A DNA stretch of 63,247 bases, counting the filler, from Octopus bimaculoides (lineage: Eukaryota), in assembly GCF_001194135.2 (NCBI RefSeq). It is 5 parts of 5 records of this genome, joined end to end, with 100 filler letters (N's around TTAATTAATTAA, not from the genome) between each part and the next. Parts side by side here need not be neighbours in the genome. Positions count along the whole stretch, not along the records: positions 33,059 to 60,127 come from NC_068983.1; 4 more parts are not named here. One strand, 5' to 3'. The position numbers and the translations under genes are program-made. This document shows, in pieces, positions 37,250 to 50,150 of this stretch. Below the pieces are notes generated by a model that made no database searches, was not told the DNA's origin, and was given only the letters and a program-made list of their open reading frames with translations. How positions within the stretch are numbered: position 1 is the stretch's first letter; each line of letters opens with the position of its first letter.

Positions 37250-38570
37250 AAAGTTTCTCCATACATTGACTGTATCAGATCTTACGTTTTGTAAACAGCA
37301 AACATCAGGTTAATTGAGATTTGGTCATGCTGATCTATGTCTGATGTAAGAAGACTTCTGACATAGACACTTTGTGCTCTGATTGCATCCAATAACATCA
37401 TACGAATCGCCTTCAGTAACCTTTGGGAAAAATTTGTGGTGACACAAATAAAAGAAGCCATGTAGTAACAGAGACTCTAGAGACCATCAAATAGCAACAG
37501 CTAACATTGAGGTCCGCACAAGCAGAAAGTAGGATGCCATTAGAGAGTTAAATGCAGAAGGGAAACAATTGAGTCGGAAGGCTGGAACGATGGAAATAAG
37601 GTAACAGGCCTGGGCTGCTTTTCAAGCGACAACATTTCTTCCAGCAAGAACTGCACACACGTGAAAGAAATACGCGTTAACAAGATGGTGAAACTCGGTC
37701 AAAAAAGATGGGGGATAAATATAATGCGATGGAAGAACACTTGGTTAACTTTCTGGTGGACTGACAGTTACCACCTTAGATTCCTTGGTAACTTGTCTAC
37801 AAGAGCTTGCAAAACCCAACAAACCTTTATACATGAGATAGGAGTGGAATGCCATCCTGCTCTTAGTGTGCCAAAAGAGTGTCCCTTCAATACATTCTCC
37901 GTAGCTGTCCTAAAGTTGTGGTTAACGACCACTACTCCTGTCGTTATAATCAAGTGTTCAAGGCAGTTGCAGAGATGGTCACCACAGCCGTTCAACCCAA
38001 TCGACACCATCCCAGGAACAAAAATACCACGGTTTCCAGAAAGTGACAGAAGTCGCTTACTGACATAGGCAAGACCGTACCTATTTAACACGGCCCCAGG
38101 TTGACCGCTGAGAATGGATCCTTATCAAACAACTTAAGTTCTCCTGATCGCATCATAAAAATAACCGTAGGCCCAGACATTATCGTCTTCTAAGGTTTCA
38201 CCAAGCAGGTAATCGTGTATGAACTGACTGAATTCTGGGAAAAAAAACTGGTGGAGGCTCATAAGGAAAAGCTTGCTAAATACGAGGAACTGGGAGAGCA
38301 GTGCAGAAGCTTAGGCTGGTAAGCTTACTGCAAGTGGACTACCGAGGGTTTAAGGCGCTTATCTGTAAAGTTCTGATGGGACTTAGAAAAACTGGTGTAG
38401 AAAAGAGAGTGGAGTATAAATTCCATTATTGAAATCACACAGAAATCTACTTAGTGGCTTTAGATAAATAGGGCAGGCTCATGGTGTCTTACAACAAGAA
38501 TGCAAACCAGATTGGATCAACTGGGCAAGGGCGTTTGATGATGAAAGACCTGAAAATCCCTACAATTCAG
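37250..38570 (+). mobile_element. HERO-clade non-LTR retrotransposon (RLE-type), decayed 3' half
   Basis: Zinc knuckle PSCS*CAKRVSLQYILRSCPK...RYNQVFKAVAE; restriction-like endonuclease PDIIVF..TKQVIVYELT..WEKKLVEAHKEKLAKYEELGEQC; 3' UTR GATGATGAAAGACCTGAAA. Confidence 0.8.
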
Positions 38571-39602
38571 TAATCACACAAAATATGGTTAATCATTGGA
38601 ATTTTATTGGTTTCCTGTAAATCATTTCATTATACGGTGATAACCTTTTAATTTATTTGTAACATAAATAAAGCGGTTTCCGGAAGAACGCGGATTATTG
38701 CTTGTTATCTGTTTTCTACATCTGTAAAGAAGAGAATTTGTATTATGATTTGATGACAGTCAAAGATTTCTCACATATGGTCAGATGTTTTCTCCTGAAC
38801 CCATCCATCAGTGTGGTGTTCAACTGTAATGTGATAAATGTTAATCCAGTGTACGCAGAAGTTTCATTGTATTTGCGACTGTCAAAATTTTGACAGTTTT
38901 ATTAGTTTGATGTCCTACCCATCAACAACAGCTTCACTACATCTAGTAAGAGCTTTTTATTGTATCACTAAAACTAGTGAAGTTATCTATCAGTTAGAAC
39001 TAAAGTGTTCCTCGCCCACTGTGTTATTTTTTATTCGGGGTTGCTGCAATCTTAGGCAGGTAGACTTGCAGAACCTAAATCATTAGGATGCCGAAATTTT
39101 CAGAGTGACTGCTTTCTATATTGATTACCATCATTATAGCTCATATCACTCCATGATGCTGCAAGAGCTGTTCAGACTATGGAGGCAGAAAAGCAAGACA
39201 ACCAAATAAAGCTACCAATGAACTAGTGGCTTTATTTGGTTGGCTGAGGAGCCACAGGAGGTGGCGACAGGGTTTATTATAGGCTGATGGTTTTCTTTGA
39301 AGAGCTAAATTCCTAAAAGTGGAAGGGAAGAAGGAGATTATAGTAAATTTGTGGGTTGTGGTAATTAAAGTAATGGTGACTAGTCATGATGAGGTATGGC
39401 TATATCCGTAGAACTATTCGCACACTTTTCGCAAACGTGTTTTACTGGACGAGACATAAAGCAGAAAATGGTGAAAAATTTTAATTATGAATATTAATTA
39501 CAGTAGCAAAATGGACAGACAAGCATTCAACTAATGAATAAATAAAAGTAATTACATATAAATACATGTATACCTATGTGTTGTGTGTGTATCATGTATC
39601 AT

Positions 39603-39800
39603 TTACATGGTTCAGTCATTATTAGACTGCGGCCATGCTGGAGCACCGCCTTGAAGAATTTTTAATGGAACGAATCGACCCCAGTACTTATAGTTTTTTA
39701 AAGCTGGGAACATATTCTAACGTTCTCTTATGCCGAACTGCTAAGTCACGGGGACATAAGCACACCAACACTGGTTTTCAAGCGGTGGTGGGAGACAAAG

Positions 39801-39837
<37 letters not shown>

Positions 39838-40030
39838 TGCACATACACACACACACGTACACCTACGCGCACTCATGCGTATACGACAAGCTTCTTTCAG
39901 TTTCCGTCTATTAAATCCACTCACAAGGCTTTTGGCCAACTCAAGACTGTAATAGAAGACACGCAGTGGAACTTTACCCGAAACCATATGGTAGGCAAGC
40001 AAACTTCTTATCTCACAGCCACACTTGCGC
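39603..40030 (-). mobile_element. Full-length SINE family B with internal (CA)n
   Basis: Tail, microsatellite and head all present. Confidence 0.88.
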
Positions 40031-40076
40031 ATGATAATCCTAATATAATTGCATGAACAGGATAAACTATCCATAT

Positions 40077-40191
40077 ATTACAGAAAAATTCGTTACCGGC
40101 CAGCCATGAGACTCGAACTCACATTCCTGTGATTATGCATCAAGTGCTTTACCTTCAAGCTAAACTGTCCAGTAACGAATTGTTCTGCAAT
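40077..40191 (-). repeat. tRNA-like core enclosed by 27-bp inverted repeats
   Basis: Minus strand TAGCTTGAAGGTAAAGC (A-box-like) and GAGTTCGAGTC (B-box-like); arms 40077-40103 / 40165-40191 pair at 23/27. Confidence 0.65.
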
Positions 40192-41320
40192 TTTAGGATT
40201 TATTAATCTACCTTTATAAGACGCTAACGTTAAATTCAACTTAAATTCAGCCTCTTTTCGGGTTACTTTTATCTCTTCCCTACCTCAAATTTTAATCCCC
40301 TGTCTCTTTAAATATAGAATATATGTATTTCTTATTATTTTCTATAAACTCTTATTATTTTGTTTTCTTATTTTCATATCCTTACCTATTAATCTCTTAT
40401 CCCTTATAAATTTTAGTGTTCTTAAATAGATATTTTTCATTTACTGAAGTCTATGCGAGATGGTTATACAATATCCATATAAACATATAAATATTTGTAT
40501 ATGTGCATATATGCACACATATAAATGTGTGTGTATCTGTACACATCTTTATTTTTTCTGATTCATTGCTTAAAATTAATATATAGATAAGATGTTTATC
40601 TTTCCAGTTATTCCGTAAGTAAATGCCCTGAGTAGTCTTTATAGAAACCACCTTATAAGTAATTAATTAAGTACATGGATGAGTGTTAAACTGATTCTAT
40701 GTAATCTTTCCTTTTTAATGTTTATAACTGATGTATACACATATTTTACCTATTTTGGTTATTATATTCTTGAAAATCTCGAATTTTATTTTTATACAAC
40801 ATAAGAATATTGTTTATAAACAATCACCCATAGCGCCCCAAAATAAAATTTCCTCTGTATTAACATCCTAGGTTTCTTAACGTCTTGCCCCTTTAACTGG
40901 TAATTAACATCATGATTTTAAGTCTTCCCCTACCCAGCCTCTTTTTACAGGCAGTTACTTTATATCCGATTGACTACCCCTAATGTCTTCTTTCCTCCCT
41001 GAGAAAAAGGGATACATATGACAATATTTATGACCATACCTAGCCATGAGCTGTCAACTCACTCTTGTCCTTTATTCAAAACAGACACAGTCTTCTAGTT
41101 TTAGATTTAGTAGTTGATACAGAGATAAATGAATTAGAAATGATTTACAATCCTTTACAACGGTATGACCCCAATGGGCTTCATGCCATTCTTGGAGATG
41201 TATTCTATTCTTCACTACAATAGCAACAACCTGAATTTCTTCCATATTGTTGCTCTGTTAAAGTATTTGAGAAAAATTATATTAATTTGTCCGACTAGTT
41301 AGAATTTTATTTATTTATTT

Positions 41321-41525
41321 GTGTAGCTGAAGATGGCGCTAAATTTAAATTGATGTAATGATTGCATTGTTCAATTAAATGGAGTCGCTTNNNNNNNNNN
41401 NNNNNNNNNNNNNNNNNNNNNNNNNNNNNNNNNNNNNNNNNNNTTTATTCACCTTACTTCGGGCTGTGCATTTAATACCGCACTGACTACTGACTTGATG
41501 CTTCAATTTAAGTACCTAATTCAAC
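41321..41525 (+). repeat. Copy of hammerhead-bearing repeat (split by gap)
   Basis: GTGTAGCTGAAGATGGCG...GGAGTCGCTT, then N; both pieces are reverse complements of 57970-58170. Confidence 0.75.
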
Positions 41526-41671
41526 TGAATCTCAATTATATATATATGAGTTACGGAATGGAGTATAGGAAATCTGGGCTGCATATGCTTGATAGTTGTT
41601 GTTTTTTTATTCACTAGGGATTGCTCGAAGCTAACTTTCTTCCTTCATCTCGATCTCTGGATCTTACATTT

Positions 41672-41708
<37 letters not shown>

Positions 41709-41711
<3 letters not shown>

Positions 41712-41820
41712 GAGGGTGCGCTGAAAAATTCCTGGCTTTAGATAAAAGAAAATGCAAGGGGATCATTTAATTATGACTTTTCAACATATTTCCCTCTCAG
41801 ATTCACACATTTATTCTCCT
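41709..41820 (+). mobile_element. mariner-type terminal fragment
   Basis: TACGAGGGTGCGCTGAAAAATTCCTGGCTT...TTTTCAACATATTTCCCTCTCAGATTCACACA. Confidence 0.55.
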
Positions 41821-42699
41821 TTAGATATATCGTGGCTGGAGTTTGTATGTATTTCGTAAGTTTCATTCTTTTAAATTTATCTAGCTGTTTTTAGATAATC
41901 AATGCAACATATAATACCTATATTGTCTATCGATTATTGACTTTTCTGAAATACTTAAATATAAACTATTAATCAATCTCACTTGGTATTTCTAACTTCC
42001 AATTTACTTTAAAACATAGTAGGTGTGATAGATGACGGTTAAGAAATTTTTAAATATGAATTTGAAATAATATATAGCTTCTTATTTGGTATTTCTGAAT
42101 GTACATACAGATACAACTTGACCAGTATTTTCTTTAGAGAGTTTTTTAAATAGACATTTATTGGATTTCATGGTGAGGAGGTCAGGAATTAACTATTAGA
42201 TATTTAAACAGCCAAGTCCTTTAATGTTTTAGTCTTGATTCAAATTATCGTGAGTGGAAGAATGAATATATTAAAACCTGTATAATAATGATAACTAAGA
42301 AAAAATTCAATGTATATTTTAAATGTCTTTTTGTTTATTTTCCTTTCAATCTCATCCACTGAAGAGTACAAATTCGACCTTTGTGATGCTCTCTTTATGA
42401 AAATCTTGGTCCTTTTTGTCAGAAACTATTATCTAGGATTAGGAAATAAAAGGATAATCCATTTTGACATCTAATCTGCGTCATTTCATTTATTTGATGA
42501 AATTTATTGAACTTTGTTTAATAAATTAAATCTTATNNNNNNNNNNNNNNNNNNNNNNNNNNNNNNNNNNNNNNNNNNNNNNNNNNNNNNNNNNNNNNNN
42601 NNNNNNNNNNNNNNNNNNNNNNNNNNNNNNNNNNNNNNNNNNNNNNNNNNNNNNNNNNNNNNNNNNNNNNNNNNNNNNNNNNNNNNNNNNNNNNNNNNN

Positions 42700-42730
<31 letters not shown>

Positions 42731-42899
42731 AAGTATGGAGGTTTAGTTCACAGGTGATGTAAACGATTAGGTACACTAGGTAAGTGCTGTAACGGATTGC
42801 TAGGACTCCAAGGTTATAGCCGAGACGGTAGTGATGGAGCCATTGCAGATTTCCGATGCAGCGGATGTATAATTGTTAAAGAGGACATCAAACATTAAG

Positions 42900-45800
42900 G
42901 CAACGCAAGCATCTCAAGTCGTATACAATATTATTATTGGAAAAAGCTCAAAGCTGTTTCTTGGATATCCTCAAGTATGGTATATTCCTTCATCAGAGAC
43001 AAATAGAGAAAATGAGATTGGTATATATTAGTGAGATGACAACATAGAGGAAGAGAGTAAAAGAATAAGGAGATGGAGAGAAAGAAGAAAAAAGAAGCAT
43101 AAAAGTTCATAGTTCAACTTTCGGATGTTGTAGAAACAAGAGCATAAGTCCTTAGGTGCAATCCTGCGTTGATCCATGTGGGTTAAAATCCTGATATAGT
43201 AAACATCCAGAGAAAAAAGATGCGAACATATCAACGTTCAATAACAAAATGGTAACGGAGGTGGCTATTAAGTGGTAAAAGGAAAGAAAAGAAAATAAAT
43301 AGAAAGAGAGGTAGATAGAGTGAGTGGTAGGATTTAAGGATTGGCTTTAGGATAAAGGTGTATAGGTGTATGGTGTCTAAGAACTGTGTACGGGGTAGCC
43401 GAGAAGAGAAGAGAGAGAATGAGGAGGTAGAGGAAGATAGGATGAAAAAATAGAGCAAAATGAAAGGGAATTTAAAAAGAGTAGTAGGTGTCTGTGGTAG
43501 TCTTAAAGTCTATATGTGTTGGGGAAGAAATCTAGTAGTAAATGATTGTGTCCGTTCTGGCTAAGGTCAGTGGCTGTAGAGTTATTTTTAGCAATGACGT
43601 TATGGGTGTGTCGGTAGTCGAGATTGGAGGAGTTAGTTGAATCTTAAATTATTTATGAGTGGGAGTTAGAGTTAGGTATTAGGGGATTTATATTAGGGAA
43701 TTTATTGGGTTAAGGTTTAAAAACAAATTAAGGATAAATTAAAGAATTAATATTTATCTCATAAAGTCATGAGATAAAGTAGATAGAAGAGATGTAAGAT
43801 ATAAGATAGAAAGGATCTATTTTAAAACGGGGGCCACAGTATTTTCTTAACGAAACACTTTGAAACTTGGAACACTGGTAGAATGTGTCATATAAAACAT
43901 CTTTTTCTCTTAGTCTTCTTAAAAAAAAAAAGAAATCCCTAAGTTATTCCATGTTAAAGTTGTCGTATTTCTGTAATTTCAACCAATCACTGACGTCCAT
44001 TCAGCCGATATACATTAAGTGCCGACTACATAAACAAACGATTCTGAAACAATTCTATCGGTGATAAAATTATTATTTCCTTGTCAAAAAATGGCTGAAG
44101 CATATTGGCNNNNNNNNNNNNNNNNNNNNNNNNNNNNNNNNNNNNNNNNNNNNNNNNNNNNNNNNNNNNNNNNNNNNNNNNNNNNNNNNNNNNNNNNNNN
44201 NNNNNNNNNNNNNNNNNNNNNNNNNNNNNNNNNNNNNNNNNNNNNNNNNNNNNNNNNNNNNNNNNNNNNNNNNNNNNNNNNNNNNNNNNNNNNNNNNNNN
44301 NNNNNNNNNNNNNNNAAATGAAAAAAGCAAATTTAAAATGAAAAAAGCAAATAAAACGAAGCTATGGAGATTAAATACGCTTTACACCGCTTAACCAGCC
44401 AAATGAGTAAATATAAACAACTGAATACTTGTCAGTGATTGGTTGAAATTATCGAAATAAGACAATTTTTTTACATGAAATAAATTCGAATACAAAAATA
44501 TTTTTCTGTTCTATAACACAAAATAGATAAGTATACGAAGTTTGAAAGTCTTTCGGTACCAAAAACACTACGTAAAACATTAATGAAAACTGTGGCCCCG
44601 TTTTAAAATAGATCCGATAGAAATAAGAGATATAGACATATAGGAGATATAGAGGGGTATGTGTTATTGATCATAGGGGTTTGTATGAGGGTTAGGGTTA
44701 GTGCTGGCTCTGATATGGGATACCTGAGTCTGTTATAGCCCAGGAAAGTTTATACTGTATTTTTCTATTAATTAGATGGTGTACGTGGCTGGCTAGTGAT
44801 GTGAAATTGCTATTCTCTTTATATTTAAACGAGTTTAAATGTGCATAATATCTTTGTTTAAAATTGTGCAAGATCCAATGTAGTAACTACAGGAGTTATT
44901 TACTATGTTGTGAACGGTGCATTGGTATACGAGGTTGAATCTTCTGCATTGGGCTTGCAGCGGGCAATCTGACCCGGATCTGAAGTTGCAGTAATCCGTC
45001 CTATGATGGTTAATTGGAGAGAGAGATGAGGTAGTGCTGGTAGTGGCTAGGGTGGTATTAGGTGAATCGATCATGATATTACTGTTATTATAGCTTATGT
45101 TACTTAATCGTTTACTTGCAGCTAAAATTAAAATTTGAATATTAAAAAATATTTTATTATAGTTTACAAATAACACTATATTTATTTAAGTAGAATTTAG
45201 TTAATTTACTACCTTAAATACAGAAAAAAGTAACTAACGAGACAGACAAACTTACAAATTAGCAGAACAGTTTTGTGCAATAAATCTAAAAGATGAGAAT
45301 TGTAAAGAGTGATAAATTAGAAAAACTGGCGTTCTTTGCTGCAATATTTTAAGTAAAAAGTTTCTTATTCTTTACTTTACTTGAAGTAATAGTTTGTCCT
45401 ATACTTTTACAGTTGTAATAACTTGTCCTGTACTTTTCTAGGTTTATAATCTTNNNNNNNNNNTATATATATATAAATATATACACACACACACACACAC
45501 ATATAATTGTTACTAAATGTTACTAGGGTTTTAAAAAACACCTACATTGCTAGAAATAAGAGCTAAAATGGTCTAATGCTGTAGTTAACGCACATGAATG
45601 AAAACATTCATACTAACAGGGACCATAATTGTCCGAAAAATGTCAACTGAGAATTCTTAAGACTGACATCAGCTTCGGCAATTTCCGTTGCCATCGTCAG
45701 TTAAGCCAGCTCGGTGTTCGCCGGAACTATGTGGGTTGAGAAACAAACATCTTACCGCACAGCCACGCCTGAGCCTATGTTGGTTCTTCTGTTTTTTTAT

Positions 45801-46330
45801 TGTTTCTGCTACGGGAATTTTGATAAACCGAATTCTACGTCTATAGTGGAGAGGCTGCCGACTTCGTTGTAGTTTCTTTTTGTATTGTGTTTTCTAAGAT
45901 CTCTAAACACTGCGTGTATTACTTGATAATGTTATTTAATTGTTTACCGATGTTGTGTATTGGCGTATTTATATGAGTTATATGTATCAAACAAGGTTGT
46001 TTTCTTTGTGTATTGTTACTGTTACAAGGATATGTGCTTGGGTGAATTTCTTTCAACGTTGGGGAAATAAAGGAAATCTAATTTGTTTATTTATCGCTGT
46101 AAGTTGTTCATTTAGACACATTTTTAATTGGGTGCTATTATTTTCCTGAATCCTTTTAATTTTATTTTTATCTTTAAATAAACACTATTAATTTTCGTAA
46201 TATATTTATCTTTTTCTAGTCTGTGATTACGAATATATTACTATTGCCTGTCTTGCCTGTATAATGTTGTTATTTTTAAATCATGCAGAATTTCTTTGGC
46301 GTTGTTCCGTTTTGTGATCCAGAAAACAGA
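42900..46330 (-). mobile_element. Decayed Penelope-like element (GIY-YIG endonuclease clear at about 44680-45150; RT traces about 45780-46330)
   Basis: YCNFRSGSDCPLQAQC..FNLVYQCTV...YYIGS then (frameshift) HLNSFKYKENSNFTSLASHVHHL...KLSWAITDSGIPY; upstream traces ILVTVTIHKENNLV and AINKQIRF; outer limits uncertain. Confidence 0.65.
43813..44615. mobile_element. Non-autonomous DNA transposon with GG-start TIRs and 8-bp TSD (Merlin-like or hAT)
   Basis: TIR GGATCTATTTTAAAACGGGG(G)CCACAGT / ACTGTGGCCCCGTTTTAAAATAGATCC; TSD GATAGAAA at 43805-43812 and 44616-44623; inner inverted repeat AATTTCAACCAATCACTGAC. Confidence 0.85.
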
Positions 46331-46573
46331 AAACGAAATTACTGATGTCGGCACATTTTTTCCATACTTACACTATTTAGAAAATGTAGAAAATATTTGT
46401 TTTGAAAATGCCCCATCTATTTTTGCCGTGCACGTCACACAAGGTAAATGAGAATTGTAACTACAGGCATTGCTGTCCAGGAAACTCAGCATTGTTTGGA
46501 ATCTCAATGTTAATGTAACTAAACGCTATATGGCGCTTTATGCTATTCTGGAAATTCAGAGGAAATAGCAGTA

Positions 46574-49096
46574 CAGTAGTCACTCACCATATCGCAGTTC
46601 ACCTATCGCGCCCTCGGTACATCGCGGATTTTTCTGACTAATATATGTAAATTTATATCGCAGACTTCTCAGTATATCGTGGACTCCTCAGTGTATCGTG
46701 GACTCTTTAGTATATCGTGGACTCTTCAGTATTTCGCGGATTCCTCAGTATATCGCGGTTTTCTGCGGCCGATAAGTATTTAAATTCTTTTAGATTTTAA
46801 TTATTTCTGTAGTAAAATAAGCATTTTCACGCCTAAAAATTAATAAATTAATAAATAAAATACAGTACAGTACTGCACTGTATAACATATTAATTAAAAT
46901 ATACTAAAAGAAAATACGTAGTGAACCGTAGATGAGTAAACAAAGAATCGCATATACTGTATGGAAAACGAAACTCGGGAGGTGAGTGTGTCGTGTTGTC
47001 TTGCATTTGTATGTAAAATTGTGAATTTATTTCAATCCCTACGATGTCGCCCAAATGTTCTGCACCTTCTAAGGCTTCTGGCAGTGAACTCAAGCGCCAG
47101 AGGAAGATGCTTACTATAGAAACAGAAAGTTAGACTCCTCGACATGCTTAAGGAAGGGAGACGGTATGCGGATGTAGGCCGCAATTACGGCATCAATGAA
47201 TCTACCGTTCGCTGCATCAAGAAGAATATAAGGGCAACGGCAAAAGTGACTTTTAACAAGACAGCAAAAAGGGTTATAACTTCACGCAATAAGGCCTTCG
47301 TAAGGATGGAGTCTACATTAGCTCTTTGGATCAGTGACTGCAAGAAGAACATTGCACTGGATACCAACACCATCCGTGAGAAGGCTAGGCATCTGTACAG
47401 AAAATTTACGGATGGCGGTGACGACGACCCAGACGACCCTGAACCAGGACCATCTACGGCATCTCCCACCAAACCAACCGAATTTAATGCCAGCAAGGTC
47501 TAGTTTGATAAATTTCAAAAGCGGTCCAACCTTACAAGTGTGTCCCTGCATGGAGAAGCTGCTTCTGTTAACAAACCCGCTGCTGAGGAGTACGTAAACA
47601 AGACGTTCAAGACCATCGTTGTGGAAGTGGGGGGGGTATTCGCGTGAACAAGTTTTCAATATGGATGAGACTGGCCTCTTTTGGAAACGGAAACCATCGC
47701 GGACTTTCATTATAAAGGAGGAGACCAGAGCCCCTGGATGTAAGGCGTACACAGATTGCATCACAATTATAATGAGTGGAAATGCTGCGGGCTTTATGAT
47801 AAAGTCAGGGCTTATTTATAAGTCCCAAAACTCAAGGACTCTCAAAGACAAAATAAGAACCTGCTGCCAGTGCATTGGATGCACAACCAGAAGGCATGGA
47901 TAATGGAACCACTGACATCGGATTGGTTTCACCAGTGTTTCATCCCCGAAGTCAAGGTTTGTCTCGCTGAAGAAGGACTGGAATTCAAAGTGCTTCTCCT
48001 AATGGACAATGCTGGAAGTCATGCGCTCGACCTGTGGTATGAAATCTTTCCGCCGAACACCACATCGTTGATCCAGCCCATGGATCAAAGTGTTATTCGT
48101 GCTTTTAAGGCGCTCTATGCGCGAAACTCCCTGCAACACCTGGTCGAGGCTATGGACTCGGATGATATCTTCTCGCTGAAGGAGTACTGGCGTGAGTACA
48201 CCATTGCAACGTGTCTCCAAAATATTCAGAAGGACATAAAGGAGATGAAGAAAGAAACTCTGAATGCCATCTGGAAGAAATTGTGGCCAGAAGCGGCCCA
48301 CGACTATAAAGGATTCACTCCTGACGAAATCCATCACCCTGCAGTTGATAAGGCAGCGAAGCTGGCAAAATTGCAAGGAGGAGATGGCTTTACCAATATG
48401 ACTNNNNNNNNNNNNNNNNNNNNNNNNNNNNNNNNNNNNNNNNNNNNNNNNNNNNNNNNNNNNNNNNNNNNNNNNNNNNNNNNNNNNNNNNNNNNNNNNN
48501 NNNNNNNNNNNNNNNNNNNNNNNNNNNNNNNNNNNNNNNNNNNNNNNNNNNNNNNNNNNNNNNNNNNNNNNNNNNGGAAGAAGAAGAAGAAGAGGAGGAG
48601 GAGGAGGAGAAGAAGGAGACGGAGAAGAAGAAGAAGAAGAAGAAGAAGAAGAAGAAGAAGAAGAAGAAGAAGAAGAAGAAGAAGAAGAAGAAGAAGATCC
48701 AGGGGAAGAAGTCGGCTTATCACTAGAACACATCTCAACTCTAGCAAAAACGGCAAAAGAACTTTGGAGAATGGCGGAAGATTGGAACCCCCAGATGATT
48801 CGTGCGTTGCAGTTCAGAAATGCAATCGACGGAGGTTTATAAAAACCTCCTCACACAGAAGAATAGGCCACGCCAGCAACTGCCCATCACTATGCTCTTC
48901 GCCCGCAAAAAAATAAATAAATAAATAAAATAAAAGAGAAGACACGGGTACTCCTAAAAGTGTGGGGAGGGTTTATAGAAACTTAAATAAATAAAAATAA
49001 TAAAATGCAAATTATAAAAATAATTCTACTTCGCGGATTTTCACCATTCGCGGTGGGATTTGGAATGTAATGCCCGCAATAGTCGAGGTGTTACTG
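46574..49096 (+). mobile_element. Tigger/pogo transposon (TIGD1-like), full length, frameshifted, with (GAA)n in the acidic tail
   Basis: MSPKCSAPSKASGSELKRQRK, LKEGRRYADVGRNYGINESTVR, QVFNMDETGLFWKR, VLLLMDNAGSHA, PPNTTSLIQPMDQ; ends CAGTA.../...TACTG flanked by TA. Confidence 0.92.
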
Positions 49097-49396
49097 TAAA
49101 TAGTTTTCAGGTGAAAAAAAGTTATATTGTGCGATGTCTCGTACATCACACTTTTGGGGATCCCCTCTTCAAAAAGACAACATACATTCCATGTAAACAA
49201 AATAAATAAATAAATAAATAAATAAATGCTTAATACTTACCTAGCTAGTCAAACTTTACAGTGAAAAATTAGTCGATACAGTTCTTGTAAATATTCAAGA
49301 TTTGCAGCTTAGATATTTCATAATTTGTATCTCTGACTGTCACGTACATCATGCAAGAATAGCCTTACGGTGTAAAATGTATAATTAGAGAGTTAC

Positions 49397-49680
49397 ATAT
49401 AAACCTTTATTCTTTTATCTTTTACTAGTTACATAAAATCTTTATTCTTTTATCTTTTACTGGTTACATATAAATCTTTATTCATTTACCTTTTACGTGT
49501 TACATATACATTTTTATTCTTTTATCTTTTACGTGTTACATATATATATCTTTATTCTTTTATCTTTTACTTGTTACGTATTAATCTTTATTCTTTTTAT
49601 CTTTTGCTGGTTACATATAAATCGTTATTCTATTATCTTTTACTTGTTACATGTAAATATTCATTGTTTTATCTTTTGCT
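49397..49680. repeat. AT-rich minisatellite, 33-36 bp unit (TTTATTCTTTTATCTTTTACTGGTTACATATAAATC-like), about 8 copies
   Basis: Direct reading. Confidence 0.85.
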
Positions 49681-50150
49681 TGTATCAGTCATTGGACTGC
49701 AGCCATACTTGGGCACAACTTCGAAAGATCTTAGTCAAATGGATCGATCCTAATACTATTTTTAAAGCCTGGTACTTATTCTATCGTTTTTTTCTGCCGA
49801 AGCGCTAGGTTACAAGGACGTAAACTAACCAACACTGATTGTTAAGCGGCAGTGGAGGGCAAACGCCGACACATACATAGATATATACATATGTGCATAT
49901 ACATATATGTATGTATGTATGTATGTATGTGTGTGTGTATGTATGTATGTATGTATGTATGTATGTATGTATGTATGTATGTATGTACACGACGGGTTTC
50001 TTTCAGTTTCTGCCCACTAAATACACTCACAAAGCTTTGGTCAGCCCGGGGCTATAATAGAAGACACTTGCTCAAGATGCCATGCAGTGAGACTGAACCC
50101 AGAATCATATGGTCAGGGAGGGAACTTCTTACCACACAACCACGCCTGCG
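49680..50150 (-). mobile_element. Full-length SINE family B with internal (TATG)n
   Basis: Tail, microsatellite and head present. Confidence 0.85.

Noticed and set aside
38690-39350. Possible LINE endonuclease remnant (LMDGFRRKHL)
   Set aside because: Single weak motif; cannot be supported without a search.
40100-40170. A genuine tRNA gene
   Set aside because: The anticodon arm does not pair convincingly; it is treated as a tRNA-derived repeat.
42350-42395. CTGAAGAG...C-GACC as another hammerhead
   Set aside because: The GAAA core and cleavage triplet are missing.
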